This document shows, in pieces, positions 10,457 to 20,363 of a stretch of DNA of 64,000 nucleotides (positions are counted from its first letter, which is position 1; the number at the start of each line of letters is the position of its first letter). Location of the stretch: positions 1 through 64,000 of IMG/VR virus record IMGVR_UViG_3300008267_000033; one strand, written 5' to 3'. A model generated the notes under the pieces. It was not told the DNA's origin and did no database searches. It saw nothing but the letters and a program-made list of their open reading frames with translations. Made by a program: the position numbers and the translations under genes. Source of the DNA: a virus. Taxonomy: Duplodnaviria; Heunggongvirae; Uroviricota; Caudoviricetes.

Positions 10457-10725
10457 TTGGTGAAATTAATTTTTTTAAGGATTGGATCATTGGGAAAATT
10501 ATTTTTCAAAGTTTCAAGTGCATCCACACGCCACTCTAACAATTTGAAATTCAATACCCACGGAAAAATTGCATGAACAACACTGCCCAAAGACAAAAAA
10601 AGTAACTTACCGGCTTCGAACATTGACAGTGCAAAATGCCAAATGTAATTTACCACTGGATTATTTTTTTGTCTGCCAGCGTATGCGGATGCCTGTTGCA
10701 AGTGCTGAGAATTGAACCAAGTCAT
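10453..10725 (-). CDS. hypothetical small protein
   Basis: ORF track; 4-nt overlap with thyX start. Confidence 0.3.
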   Translation of the reverse strand: MTWFNSQHLQQASAYAGRQKNNPVVNYIWHFALSMFEAGKLLFLSLGSVVHAIFPWVLNFKLLEWRVDALETLKNNFPNDPILKKINFTK

Positions 10726-11072
10726 AGATCTTTTAGTAATTTGTCAGTTTCGGGTTGCACAATAGTAGCAATAGCACCAACGTCAAGAATAAAATCAACG
10801 TCACGCACAGCTTCTCCAAGGTCGGCCAAGGTTCTTGACATCACAGTTTCAATTTCATCAAAGTCAAGACCTTGACGTCGTAGTAGGTCAAGATTGATGG
10901 TGCGTTGCCGCTTGCCATGCAACTTGACCACAACTTTTTTTATACACTCAAGTGGAACATCGGTGATGTCTACATCGTCAATGATGTGTTCCCAGCGTTC
11001 CAAGAACTCATTACTGAACTGCATCGGCCGCTGCCTTCTTGCGACTGCGTGTTTTGGCGGCAACGGGTTCAA
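10722..11072 (-). CDS. hypothetical protein
   Basis: ORF track; likely real start is a later in-frame Met (MQFSNEF). Confidence 0.3.
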   Translation of the reverse strand: MNPLPPKHAVARRQRPMQFSNEFLERWEHIIDDVDITDVPLECIKKVVVKLHGKRQRTINLDLLRRQGLDFDEIETVMSRTLADLGEAVRDVDFILDVGAIATIVQPETDKLLKDL

Positions 11073-11736
11073 CGGCAGTGGTTACAGGAACAGTTTTAGC
11101 AGACTTCATGTTCACAGCAGGAAACATTTTTTGTGCTTCTTTTTTCATTCTGGCGGCTTCGGCAACCAGGCCTTTGGCATCCGCTTCCATTTTCTTGGCC
11201 TGCGCCAGCATGTTGGCTGCCAGTGACTGGTCATCCAATGCACCTGATGCAGGAGCGACCAATGGTGCTACTAACGCTTCGGCTTCTGAAATGCGACCTT
11301 CTTTGAATGCCTTCTCTGCTTTGCGTTTGGTGGCAGGGTCAACAATGCCGGCATTGGCATCCAGTTCCTGCATGCGTTTGAGAGCCTCGGCGCCTGATTC
11401 CATTTCTTTTACAATGCGGTTTAGTTCGTCAAGTTTGACATTGCTTTGTGCAGTGGGTGTGACAATCACCTGATTGGTATTGATCTTCTTCAACATGCCT
11501 TCATTGTGCAAGGCTTGTAAAATAACTCTACCATCCGGCAACAAGTTGCGATGCAACACATCAGCCAAGTTAGGACTTTGTTGACCAGGAGCTGATTCCA
11601 AAATAGTCATGATGGTATTGTGAATATGCGATGGTAATGTTTCGGGATAAATCACCAGGCACATGTGTTCTTGGCCGGGTAGTTCTCTAAATATGATTGC
11701 AACCTTGCGGTCACCGTGTCGTCCTATGTGTTTCAT
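11011..11736 (-). CDS. hypothetical protein with Lys/Ala/Glu-rich C-terminal coiled-coil-like tail
   Basis: ORF track; KKMEADAKGLVAEAARMKKEAQK segment. Confidence 0.35.
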   Translation of the reverse strand: MKHIGRHGDRKVAIIFRELPGQEHMCLVIYPETLPSHIHNTIMTILESAPGQQSPNLADVLHRNLLPDGRVILQALHNEGMLKKINTNQVIVTPTAQSNVKLDELNRIVKEMESGAEALKRMQELDANAGIVDPATKRKAEKAFKEGRISEAEALVAPLVAPASGALDDQSLAANMLAQAKKMEADAKGLVAEAARMKKEAQKMFPAVNMKSAKTVPVTTAVEPVAAKTRSRKKAAADAVQ

Positions 11737-12128
11737 TGTGATTCTCCTTGTGTGGGTTCAGCTGACGGTTGTGCCTCAGCCTGTGCGGCCAATTGTGCTT
11801 GAGTAGCTGTTAAGAAAGCACCCAGTTTGTCATAGATGCCGCCAACAGTGCTCATTTCATTGGCACGAAAAGCGCCACGTGCAGTGGCAGCTTCGATTAA
11901 GTTTTTGAGTGATGCCATGTCGGCCAGGGTAAGTGATGCGTTTTCCATGTAAATATTTAAGGCAACGGAATGAGGGTGGAATATTTTATGGAGTATTTTG
12001 GAAAAACTCTTCGGCCCGACGTTTTGCTTCTGCTTCACTTGCAGCCCACACTGTGACCATGGCTGTTGAGCCTGCAATCTCAATGTCAAACGGCACCGCA
12101 CCCGAAAAGGCAAAATCTTCAGGAACAC
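11733..12128 (-). CDS. hypothetical protein
   Basis: ORF track. Confidence 0.3.
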   Translation of the reverse strand: MFLKILPFRVRCRLTLRLQAQQPWSQCGLQVKQKQNVGPKSFSKILHKIFHPHSVALNIYMENASLTLADMASLKNLIEAATARGAFRANEMSTVGGIYDKLGAFLTATQAQLAAQAEAQPSAEPTQGESQ

Positions 12129-12312
12129 TTACTTTGACTATGAACTGTTCCAGACGCTTGATCCTGTTGATGATATGTTCAATGGTGTTCATCACGCTTG
12201 TTCCAGTCTCTACGTGCTATACGTGCTTCTTCAATACAACGAGTGATCATGGGCCATGCATACGGCGCCACAAATCCAAACATGGCACCGTACACAAACC
12301 ATTCAAATTGAA

Positions 12313-12534
12313 TCACGCTATTCGTCCCAGTACACTGTAAAACAATCCGTTGAGCATGTGGGTGCAGTTCTGACCTTGTCGGTGCAGGAGATACATCTGT
12401 TCAACCAATTCTCGGGCATTGATATTGCCTTCAGGAGGCAATTCGCCGCGTGATTCTAGTTCTTCTAACAAATCGTTGGTGTCAAAATCTACTAGATCTA
12501 CATCAACTTCTACTTCGGTGTACACTGTTGGCAT
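12313..12534 (-). CDS. hypothetical small acidic protein
   Basis: ORF track. Confidence 0.25.
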   Translation of the reverse strand: MPTVYTEVEVDVDLVDFDTNDLLEELESRGELPPEGNINARELVEQMYLLHRQGQNCTHMLNGLFYSVLGRIA

Positions 12535-12780
12535 TTAAAACTCCTTCATGCGCTTAATATCTTCATGTTTGACAATTACCACATTCTTTACAACACCTTC
12601 GTACTTGACGGGCAAATCCAAGTGTATGCTGATCTTGGGCCCTTGCACCGGACTGATTAGTGTGTCATTACCCACAGTGCCTGCAAAGGGAATGCCGTTC
12701 CAGTGACCGAATACCCTGTCGCCTATTGAGTACTCTGGCTGGTATCCAGTGCGTTCAAAGTATTCGGTCTGATTGCCCAT
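12535..12780 (-). CDS. hypothetical small protein
   Basis: ORF track. Confidence 0.3.
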   Translation of the reverse strand: MGNQTEYFERTGYQPEYSIGDRVFGHWNGIPFAGTVGNDTLISPVQGPKISIHLDLPVKYEGVVKNVVIVKHEDIKRMKEF

Positions 12781-12942
12781 TATTGTTGTTGCACACAGAA
12801 CAAGTGAGCATTTAGTCCACGGTCTTTTAATATCTTAGAAAGGTCTCTACATTCTTGATATGTTTTGACTTCGGCCAATTGAGAGAACTTTATCTCAAAC
12901 GGTGCCACATCCATTGTAAGTGCAATAATCAGTGCCCACATA

Positions 12943-13737
12943 TTACTTGGGCATCATCAATGCGTTGAAGTTTGAAGGAACCACAATGGTCTGCACTTGA
13001 CCGTTCTTGATACCTTCACTAATATTCAACATGGCCTGTGCTTGCATGAACGCAATTGACGCACCGCTATTGTTGGCCAGTGCTGCCATTCTGCGTGACT
13101 CTGCTTCGGCAGTTTTTACTTCAACTTCTTTCTGCTTCAACTCATTCTTGCTACGAACCAAAGCATTGGCACTCTCAACCACTGTGTCACTGGGCAACAC
13201 ATTACGAATCATAACTTGATTGATGGTGATCGAGCCATCTAGTTTTTCTTCAGCAAGATTGCGAGTAATCTCTTCCCTGATGTAGTTTTCCATTTCAGTG
13301 CGATTGTCTGCCATGTCCAGGGCTTCGTGCTTGCGGGCTGATTTGTAGATGGCATTGCGAGCATTTTGCACAATGTAGTTGTACATCACATAAGTGTCGC
13401 CTTTGAACTCAGCGTGGAAACTTTTGTTCTTGGTTGCGTACAATTCACTCACCTGTTGTGGGTTGATGTTGTAAACTACCACAGCATCAAAGTCTTTCAT
13501 GGTTGAGTTGTCTTTGGCCACAGGAGTCATGTTCTCCAATGTGACATTAACGTCCTTGATGGGGAATGTAAGCACATCACCTATCATGGTTTGATTGAAT
13601 GATCCAGGCAACAATTCACCTGGCTGAATCTGTCGGTCAAAGCCCACACGCACACCCACAGTACCAGTTTCAATGCGAGTACAACCTGAGGCAAGAACAG
13701 CGGCTGCAAGAATAGAGAGAGTCAAAATACGTTTCAT
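12943..13737 (-). CDS. SPFH/band-7 (prohibitin/stomatin-like) lipoprotein
   Basis: Lipoprotein signal LAAAVLASGC followed by TGTVGVRVGFD band-7-like core. Confidence 0.5.
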   Translation of the reverse strand: MKRILTLSILAAAVLASGCTRIETGTVGVRVGFDRQIQPGELLPGSFNQTMIGDVLTFPIKDVNVTLENMTPVAKDNSTMKDFDAVVVYNINPQQVSELYATKNKSFHAEFKGDTYVMYNYIVQNARNAIYKSARKHEALDMADNRTEMENYIREEITRNLAEEKLDGSITINQVMIRNVLPSDTVVESANALVRSKNELKQKEVEVKTAEAESRRMAALANNSGASIAFMQAQAMLNISEGIKNGQVQTIVVPSNFNALMMPK

Positions 13738-13746
13738 GTTTTTCCT

Positions 13747-13923
13747 TTAAAATAAAACTACAAGAGTGATTAAAAATACAAGTGTTAGTATAGCACAGAT
13801 AGCACTATATGTCAATAGTTTGGTCACCGACCAAAGTTCTTTTTCGGTCATTTCTCTAATGGTTTTAATGCCAACAAAGAACAGCCCAAAAATAACTACA
13901 AAAGCCAATATGATTTTAAACAT
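13747..13923 (-). CDS. small hydrophobic membrane protein (58 aa; below the ORF-track size cutoff)
   Basis: ATG at 13921-13923 (minus) gives MFKIILAFVVIFGLFFVGIKTIREMTEKELWSVTKLLTYSAICAILTLVFLITLVVLF; stop 13747; lies directly upstream of the lipoprotein RBS AAGGAAAAA. Confidence 0.35.
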   Translation of the reverse strand: MFKIILAFVVIFGLFFVGIKTIREMTEKELWSVTKLLTYSAICAILTLVFLITLVVLF

Positions 13924-14314
13924 TTCGATTGTTCCATTTATGTATATTTTCTAATCGTTGCTCATCTGTGAGTTCATCACAACGGCTGCTGTGATCTGGC
14001 ATGCGTAAGAATTGATCTGTGCCCACTCGTGGGCCATAGGTCTTCCTAAACACACTCATGATAAAGCCTGTGCTAAAAGCCATGGTGATCAAGGCAATAT
14101 GTCCCAGCATGTTGTAGCCAATATAAAATAGTTCTCCAAAGAACAGGCCAAACGCCAAACACCAAAAACACGCCAACAAAATACTAGTTAGATATTTAAG
14201 ATAAGTTGGCGCATACCGCAGGCTGTTGAGATTGGGATTGAGTCCATCTCTAAAGGCCTTGTACAAGATGTAGATAAACTTCAATACTGAAAACATTACA
14301 ATTCCTTTGTCCAA
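13916..14314 (-). CDS. membrane protein (possible partner of the SPFH protein)
   Basis: ORF track; several hydrophobic segments. Confidence 0.35.
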   Translation of the reverse strand: MDKGIVMFSVLKFIYILYKAFRDGLNPNLNSLRYAPTYLKYLTSILLACFWCLAFGLFFGELFYIGYNMLGHIALITMAFSTGFIMSVFRKTYGPRVGTDQFLRMPDHSSRCDELTDEQRLENIHKWNNRNV

Positions 14315-14748
14315 TGTGCGATAAAACTATCACGGTCTTTGCTATCTCTAAACCAAAATGCAGTAGGATCCACATAGTATCTAAGACCAGGTGCCTCAAC
14401 CTTTACAGTTTGTCCCACAATACCCTTAACTCTTCGACCTGCAGGACCAAATGTCTTTTCAGCCCACTCAATCATACTGGCACCGTGTTGCATTCTTATG
14501 GGCAATAGTGGCCTCACAACATGATATAGTTCGTTGTACAGCGACCTTGTTTGACACAGTAGGTTGTGATCCGGTGTCATTGATAACTCCATATCATTGT
14601 GGCACTGTCTTGGGTGAATTTTTTTGACCATGCAACATAACCGCCATTGCTGTCGCTCCAAGGACAATGCTGTTGCCACAGTGCCTGGGCCTCTGCAGGA
14701 TCTGGGTGACCCTTCATCAATTGATCCACTTGAGGTCGTGTGCGCCAA
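14296..14748 (-). CDS. hypothetical protein
   Basis: ORF track. Confidence 0.3.
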   Translation of the reverse strand: MAHTTSSGSIDEGSPRSCRGPGTVATALSLERQQWRLCCMVKKIHPRQCHNDMELSMTPDHNLLCQTRSLYNELYHVVRPLLPIRMQHGASMIEWAEKTFGPAGRRVKGIVGQTVKVEAPGLRYYVDPTAFWFRDSKDRDSFIAHWTKEL

Positions 14749-14794
14749 CCATCTAGGCTCCAGTCATGTGCTTGCAGTGCAATTTCTAATTCGT

Positions 14795-15073
14795 TCATTC
14801 TTCAACTCCGAAATGATTTCTAAATCTAACGACTGCATCTACGATACCTTGATTATTGCCTAGAAGGTATTCTCTGATTAAAGGATCTGTTTCTGTGGCA
14901 AGATCCTCATCGGCAACAATCTCCTCCCAAGCTTCTTTCATACATTCTCGCACAATCAACTGGGCGAACACACTGGAGAGTCGTGTCATCTGTTCATGAC
15001 TCAACTGGGTCCATGTTTCAGGCACCGCTTGATCCAATGCCTTGTCAAGTAGTTTTTTGATATGTTCATTCAT
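14795..15073 (-). CDS. hypothetical protein
   Basis: ORF track. Confidence 0.3.
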   Translation of the reverse strand: MNEHIKKLLDKALDQAVPETWTQLSHEQMTRLSSVFAQLIVRECMKEAWEEIVADEDLATETDPLIREYLLGNNQGIVDAVVRFRNHFGVEE

Positions 15074-15084
15074 TCTGGCACTCC

Positions 15085-16389
15085 TCAGTCTTGTTTGCTC
15101 TCATCATAGTAGGCATGTGTGCCCCAGGGTGGCACAATGGTTGTTGTGCCATGCAAGATCCAAGTGGTGTCACAGTATTCGGCGTCACCCCAAGAACCAA
15201 ACGGGTAGCCGTCTGTGAACACGATGAGTCGGCGTGGTGTGATCTCTTGATCTTTCAAGTAGGTAAAGATACAATCAAAATCAGTGCCACCACCACCAGA
15301 CACTTCGTAGTCAATCATGCTGTCAAGATTGTCCGAGTCATATTGCGCAGGGTTATAGCACTGGGTATCAAACGTTGCCACATGTATCTTGTAACTTGGG
15401 AACGAGTCCATGATGCCTTGGATCTCACTCAAAAAGTCTCTCAGCATGTCCTGGCTGATGGAACCAGACGCATCCAACATCACAGCAACATCAATCATTT
15501 CATCGGGCTTTTGTCCCGGCATCACTGCATCCATGTGCCAACCTTTGCGGCTGGCCCGCATCCATGTGTAGTCGGCTTTGATAGTGCTTTCCAGATTCAT
15601 GCGCAAAATTTCACGCCAGTTCAACTGTGGCTCAGTAAGTTGTTGGATCAGTCGCTTGACACCTGCGGGCAAGTTGCCAGCACCGTCCACTGTGGCCGCT
15701 GCCGCCAGCATGGCTTCTTTGATCTCGTCCTTGATGGCTTGTTTGTCCTCTGCGCTCAGTTTAGGACGGCCCTTGCCTTCGCCTTCTTGATCTCCGTCGC
15801 CATCACCTTCACCGTCCAAGTGCTCGTCGATCATTTGATCCAGCAATGAACCAATGTCAATCTTTTCTGCTTTTTCGTACAACTGATCGTATACTTCTTC
15901 CGAACTCAAGCCGTCATACTTGCGATCATACAAGCAAGGTACACTAGTGATCTTCTCACCCACATTGTGTTTCACCAAGTCACCATTCACACAATAGTCA
16001 TTGGCAATGTTCCACAACTGCGGGTCTCTGTCTCCGCGACGTCCAAAGTGATCATACACACAATGCAACACCTCATGTCCAAACAAGAATTCAATTTCTT
16101 TGGGACGCAACATCTCAATAAAGCGGGTATTGTAGTAAAAATTTCTGCCGTCTGTTGCGGCTGTGGCACACCATTCATCAGCATTGATCAGTTTGAGCCG
16201 TGTTGCAAGGTTACCAAAGAAACTAGCCTTCAACAGCAAACCCACACGAGCCGAAACCAACTTTTCACGCACCACGCGATCCAGTTTTGCATCTGTGGCG
16301 CCGATCAAGTTGGCAAATTTCTTTGCGTCATCTTTGGTGGCAGTGGTGCCTGCTGTGGCATGTAGTACGTCAGGGTTGAAATAGTGCAT
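15085..16389 (-). CDS. VWA-domain protein with N-terminal zincin-like (HEVLH) metallopeptidase domain (CobT-like partner of the CobS-like ATPase)
   Basis: HEVLHCVYDHF HExxH motif; VMLDASGSISQDML VWA MIDAS motif; start moved to the second Met (16389) because the TATAAT box sits 2 nt from the first ATG and AAGGAA precedes the second. Confidence 0.6.
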   Translation of the reverse strand: MHYFNPDVLHATAGTTATKDDAKKFANLIGATDAKLDRVVREKLVSARVGLLLKASFFGNLATRLKLINADEWCATAATDGRNFYYNTRFIEMLRPKEIEFLFGHEVLHCVYDHFGRRGDRDPQLWNIANDYCVNGDLVKHNVGEKITSVPCLYDRKYDGLSSEEVYDQLYEKAEKIDIGSLLDQMIDEHLDGEGDGDGDQEGEGKGRPKLSAEDKQAIKDEIKEAMLAAAATVDGAGNLPAGVKRLIQQLTEPQLNWREILRMNLESTIKADYTWMRASRKGWHMDAVMPGQKPDEMIDVAVMLDASGSISQDMLRDFLSEIQGIMDSFPSYKIHVATFDTQCYNPAQYDSDNLDSMIDYEVSGGGGTDFDCIFTYLKDQEITPRRLIVFTDGYPFGSWGDAEYCDTTWILHGTTTIVPPWGTHAYYDESKQD

Positions 16390-16412
16390 GTGATTCCTTG
16401 TTTGTTTCATGT

Positions 16413-16441
16413 ATTATAGCAGAAGTTGAATTAATGGTCAA
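16413..16441 (-). promoter_or_regulatory. sigma70-type promoter (TTGACC, 17-nt spacer, TATAAT) for the VWA/CobT-like gene
   Basis: Minus strand: -35 TTGACC at 16436-16441, -10 TATAAT at 16413-18, then AAGGAA SD and the second ATG. Confidence 0.6.
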
Positions 16442-16442
16442 T

Positions 16443-16460
16443 GTAGTACTTGAGTATTAC
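16443..16460. promoter_or_regulatory. 18-bp imperfect palindrome GTAGTACTTGAGTATTAC abutting the -35 of the 16413-41 promoter
   Basis: Half-sites GTAGTAC / GTAATAC inverted around TTGA; copies also at 21046-63, 41748-65 and 34360-77. Confidence 0.4.
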
Positions 16461-16461
16461 A

Positions 16462-17010
16462 CTAGTCTGACGCCGAATGAATTTCTATCAAAGGAATATG
16501 GTCGGGATGCTGTATGACGTAATCAATTATTTTAGCAATACTATCTAGTGCTAACCATTTTTCATGTCCAGGTTTGCCATCATTTAGTCCGCCGGCAATT
16601 ATATGTGAAGTTTTAATTCCTTTTTTGTTGTTCAATTGCAGGCTCCGGTCTCGCAATGCTCGCTTTTGTATACTGTATCCACCATAAATGCTATCTATGC
16701 GACCATCATCAACTCCCATCCACTCAGCAGTGCTTCCGATGTTTATAATATGCCCTTTGATATTGTGCTTGGACCAAACATGCCATGTGGTTTCAAGCAA
16801 TGCTAATTGTCCACCATTGCATATAAAACTGCTGTTGATAAAAACATTGTAGTTTTTAATCTTGTTTTGAAAAAAGTCTTCACTGCCCGAATCCCAAAAT
16901 CTCAAATCGTATCCAGTTGCCCTGCTAGCAAATTCTGCCTGAGGAAATTTTCTTTTGATAGCCGAAGCCACAGTAGTATGATCGGGGTTTCCTGTGCAAA
17001 GTATATTCAT
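16462..17010 (-). CDS. hypothetical protein
   Basis: ORF track. Confidence 0.3.
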   Translation of the reverse strand: MNILCTGNPDHTTVASAIKRKFPQAEFASRATGYDLRFWDSGSEDFFQNKIKNYNVFINSSFICNGGQLALLETTWHVWSKHNIKGHIINIGSTAEWMGVDDGRIDSIYGGYSIQKRALRDRSLQLNNKKGIKTSHIIAGGLNDGKPGHEKWLALDSIAKIIDYVIQHPDHIPLIEIHSASD

Positions 17011-18149
17011 GATATAATTTTACTCCATTCGGGGGTTAACGCCTTGAAATCTGTACCTCGTATGTGATTCAATGCAGATATATTTTTCCAAAAATGATCA
17101 TGGGATTGGTCGCTTGTTTTCAAGGATTGCACCAACAGGAGTAATTGGTTGTAGTTTTGAAATTTGCGTTGTAGCGTGGCATGACCCGACTCTGACAGAT
17201 AATCAAGTTCAAAATCACCAACTGCTTTTTGAAAAATTAAATTAGTTGGGTCGCCATATCTGTTTGAAGAAAAATTTTCATTCCACCAATCCCATACTTC
17301 GTTTAAATAAAAAAAGTTAAGATAACTCCATGTACAATTTATATTGAACATATGGTTGTGTGGCATATTAGCATAGAACCAATCCAAGGTAGAGTTGACT
17401 TTGTTCCAGTCTGCTCCAGTGCGTTGGTAATCAAATCGAGCACCAACATCATCAATGCTGAAATACAGTTCAATCAACTGACATTTCTCCCATAATTGTA
17501 AAATTTCATCCGACACTGTTTGCGTAGCATTGGTATTATAAAATACTCTAACATCTGACAGTCCTTTTACTTGTTGAATTTTTTGCAAAAGTCTAACATG
17601 ATTCTCAGACAACAGTGGTTCGCCACCACCATGAAAATGCACATGCTTGATATTTTCCAAAAGAGCCTGGTCAGTTATTTCTAATTGTTCATTTTTTTTG
17701 TATTGAAACGGTGCAATATCATATGTGGGGTGTAATTTTTGATAATCAGGAATCCATTGTGAACTGTTTTGAGGTCCGCATATGACACATTTCAAATTGC
17801 ATAAATTTCCAACACTGTAGTCAATACCTGTTGGCCCAGACAACTCAATGTTGATGTCTTTATGGTATTCTTCGTATAGTTTTTTTGATCCTTGTCGTCG
17901 GCTTTCTATCCCAGCATCTTCGGCACTGTAGCAGGCCTGGCATCCTGGTATAAAGGCATCAGTTTCAACACATTTTTTTAGCTCTAAGTGTTCGGGGCTA
18001 TTCCACACATCAGTCAAATTGAACTCTGATGATGTTTTGATATATCCATTGTAAAAAGAACAAGGATTGTAACCCAGTTCACCGTTGTGAGACCATATGG
18101 CAAGATTTTTATAAATTTCGTAGCAAAAGTATTTTTTATTTTTCATCAC
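17007..18149 (-). CDS. radical SAM protein
   Basis: CNLKCVIC = CxxxCxxC radical SAM cluster motif; 380 aa. Confidence 0.55.
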   Translation of the reverse strand: MMKNKKYFCYEIYKNLAIWSHNGELGYNPCSFYNGYIKTSSEFNLTDVWNSPEHLELKKCVETDAFIPGCQACYSAEDAGIESRRQGSKKLYEEYHKDINIELSGPTGIDYSVGNLCNLKCVICGPQNSSQWIPDYQKLHPTYDIAPFQYKKNEQLEITDQALLENIKHVHFHGGGEPLLSENHVRLLQKIQQVKGLSDVRVFYNTNATQTVSDEILQLWEKCQLIELYFSIDDVGARFDYQRTGADWNKVNSTLDWFYANMPHNHMFNINCTWSYLNFFYLNEVWDWWNENFSSNRYGDPTNLIFQKAVGDFELDYLSESGHATLQRKFQNYNQLLLLVQSLKTSDQSHDHFWKNISALNHIRGTDFKALTPEWSKIIS

Positions 18150-18451
18150 AGGTATTTAAGTATGAACCATGACTGTGAGGTTTCATTGTAGAAGTCCAAA
18201 TGCACTTGATATTCATAGTGGAATCCTGTTGGCGCCGCGCCCCAATGATAACCATCCAACACACCAACAGTTGGACGATTGGGTTCAAGTCCCTGATGGT
18301 CACGTGCAGTAAATCCCAGTTCACGCCGCATGATGTGCCGCATGCGTATGGCAGTGCCAAAATCTTGAGCCAAGCGGTCCAGCACCATGGACCACTCATC
18401 AGGGTTGTGAAAGATGATAAGATTCCGCTTGGTTGTTACCCGATAAGACAT
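18146..18451 (-). CDS. hypothetical protein
   Basis: ORF track. Confidence 0.3.
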   Translation of the reverse strand: MSYRVTTKRNLIIFHNPDEWSMVLDRLAQDFGTAIRMRHIMRRELGFTARDHQGLEPNRPTVGVLDGYHWGAAPTGFHYEYQVHLDFYNETSQSWFILKYL

Positions 18452-18885
18452 TATGCAGTGCCTAAATGTGCCAGTTCAAAGAACATAAGTTCCTTGTCCG
18501 AAGCCACGTAGATTCTATAGTTGCGGTACTCGGTGCTGTAGGCCCACTGTAGATTTAGATCATCTGACTGATGGCTTGAAGGTACTGTATCATTCAGTTG
18601 TTCAGCAATCTCGTTCTGTGTCTTGACATCTGTACTCCAGCCATATGTGCGGTTGAACCAACGTCGGGCTCGATCAAACTCCAGCACACCACTGCTGTAA
18701 TCACCCTTGGGGAATTCAATGGTGTACCGATAGATCTTGCTCCAACTGTTGCGACCATTTAGTTTGACAATTTCGTATTTCATATTAAAAGGGTGGCACA
18801 GCCACAGCCCTGTAAGACTGCACCACCCACCCCCATCAGCTGGCTTGCAAAATGTACTTGCCGTAACGAGCATGGAACTCGTCAA
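18451..18885 (-). CDS. hypothetical protein
   Basis: ORF track. Confidence 0.3.
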   Translation of the reverse strand: MTSSMLVTASTFCKPADGGGWCSLTGLWLCHPFNMKYEIVKLNGRNSWSKIYRYTIEFPKGDYSSGVLEFDRARRWFNRTYGWSTDVKTQNEIAEQLNDTVPSSHQSDDLNLQWAYSTEYRNYRIYVASDKELMFFELAHLGTA

Positions 18886-19927
18886 ACACCTTGATCTTGG
18901 TAGGCTGCATCGGCAACATATAAGTTGTCAGTGCAATACGAGCACCCAACACCACCAGTTCAGTCTCAAAGTTCTTCATCATATATGCCAAAAAGTTATT
19001 GCTCATTTCATGGAACTCTTTGTCTGACACTTTCTTTTGCTCAATGGCGTCTTTGAGTTCGTAGCACATGCTGATGACCAAACTGTACATGGCCGACACT
19101 TCTTTCACATTCAAGTCTGTTACCTTGCCACTCAAGATGTCCGAGGGCTGGGGCATGCGTCCGGACACTTTGCGGTGTGCTTTGAATTTCACAGCAAGGC
19201 CCTCGCCCACAGTACCTGCAATCAGGTTCATTTCTGTGTCCTCGTCACATTCATCCGCCAACAGCTCACTCACAAAACTCCAAGAGCGCGGTGTTGCAAA
19301 TGCACGTGAACTGGACTTGGCATCAAAGTCGTACAAGTCCTGCTTGGCAAAACTCAAGTAACCCACCACGTCTTTGTGGATGTTGTGATTCACAGCCCAC
19401 TCTTGCCATGATGCAAAGTCTACACGCATTTCCTGGTGAACAAAACGATTTGCCAGCGGAGTCGGCATGCGGAAGGTAACACCTTTGTCTGATTCACGAT
19501 TACCTGCTGCCACCATCACCACATTGTCAGGCAGTTTATACTTGCCAATGCGTCGATTCAAAATCAACTGATATGCGGCACTCTGCACTGACGCTGGAGC
19601 TGAGTTCATCTCGTCCAAAAACAGCACCACCACAGGGTACTGGCTGGCAGTTTCTTCATCGGGCATTTCCACAGGGGGAGCCCAATCCATCTTGCCAATG
19701 TCTTTGTTGTAAAACGGAATACCACGAATGTCTGTGGGTTCCATCTGTCCCAGGCGCAAGTCAATCATCAAGCCACCAAGTTCTTCTGTGATGCCAGCCA
19801 CAACTTCGCTCTTGCCGATGCCGGGAGGACCCCACAAAAACATAGGACGCTTTTTCTTAAAAGCATGCATGATGGATTTACGAACTTGGGCACTGGTTAC
19901 TGTACGTGCATCTGATACTGCTGACAT
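18836..19927 (-). CDS. cobS: AAA+ ATPase, CobS/MoxR-like
   Basis: Walker A FLWGPPGIGKSEV; Walker B VVVLFLDEMN; about 360 aa; neighboured by the VWA/CobT-like gene as in phage cobS/cobT pairs. Confidence 0.65.
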   Translation of the reverse strand: MSAVSDARTVTSAQVRKSIMHAFKKKRPMFLWGPPGIGKSEVVAGITEELGGLMIDLRLGQMEPTDIRGIPFYNKDIGKMDWAPPVEMPDEETASQYPVVVLFLDEMNSAPASVQSAAYQLILNRRIGKYKLPDNVVMVAAGNRESDKGVTFRMPTPLANRFVHQEMRVDFASWQEWAVNHNIHKDVVGYLSFAKQDLYDFDAKSSSRAFATPRSWSFVSELLADECDEDTEMNLIAGTVGEGLAVKFKAHRKVSGRMPQPSDILSGKVTDLNVKEVSAMYSLVISMCYELKDAIEQKKVSDKEFHEMSNNFLAYMMKNFETELVVLGARIALTTYMLPMQPTKIKVFDEFHARYGKYILQAS

Positions 19928-20171
19928 GGGCTGTTTCCTTTCGGGGGTTGTAGTAAGTTAAGTCGTTATTGTAGTTGATTGTGAATTTGTTGTCAACATG
20001 CATAGTTGCAGTTTTGCAACAGGTCATCGCGCACAATTTCTGCAATCATCTCTTGTGCTTCGCCTATGCTGAAGCCGTATTCTTGCACAACAAAATCAAT
20101 AACTTGATCTTCAGTGCAGTTGAGGCTGATCATTTCTTGAATGTCAGTGTAAAGTCTGCTCATCTGTCCCA

Positions 20172-20363
20172 TTATAGGTTCTCCTCCATTAATTGGTCAT
20201 CAATTTCACTCAACATGTCGTGCAACAAGCCACTGATCTCATCAAAGTCCACGCACTCGGGTTCAAACAGTCTTCGAAACTCTGTTATCTTTTTAGTCAA
20301 TACTTCAACAGCGTCAACCAGTTCGTCGAATCTGGCTTCAGCCTGTTCTAACTTCTCGCTCAT
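20172..20363 (-). CDS. hypothetical small acidic protein
   Basis: ORF track. Confidence 0.3.
   Translation of the reverse strand: MSEKLEQAEARFDELVDAVEVLTKKITEFRRLFEPECVDFDEISGLLHDMLSEIDDQLMEENL

Noticed and set aside
15091-15849. 252-aa plus-strand ORF
   Set aside because: Antisense to the VWA/metallopeptidase gene, which carries clear HExxH and MIDAS motifs
18836-19927. PhoH assignment for the P-loop ATPase
   Set aside because: The Walker A context (LWGPPGIGKSE), the length (363 aa) and the adjacent VWA partner fit MoxR/CobS-type AAA ATPases better than PhoH
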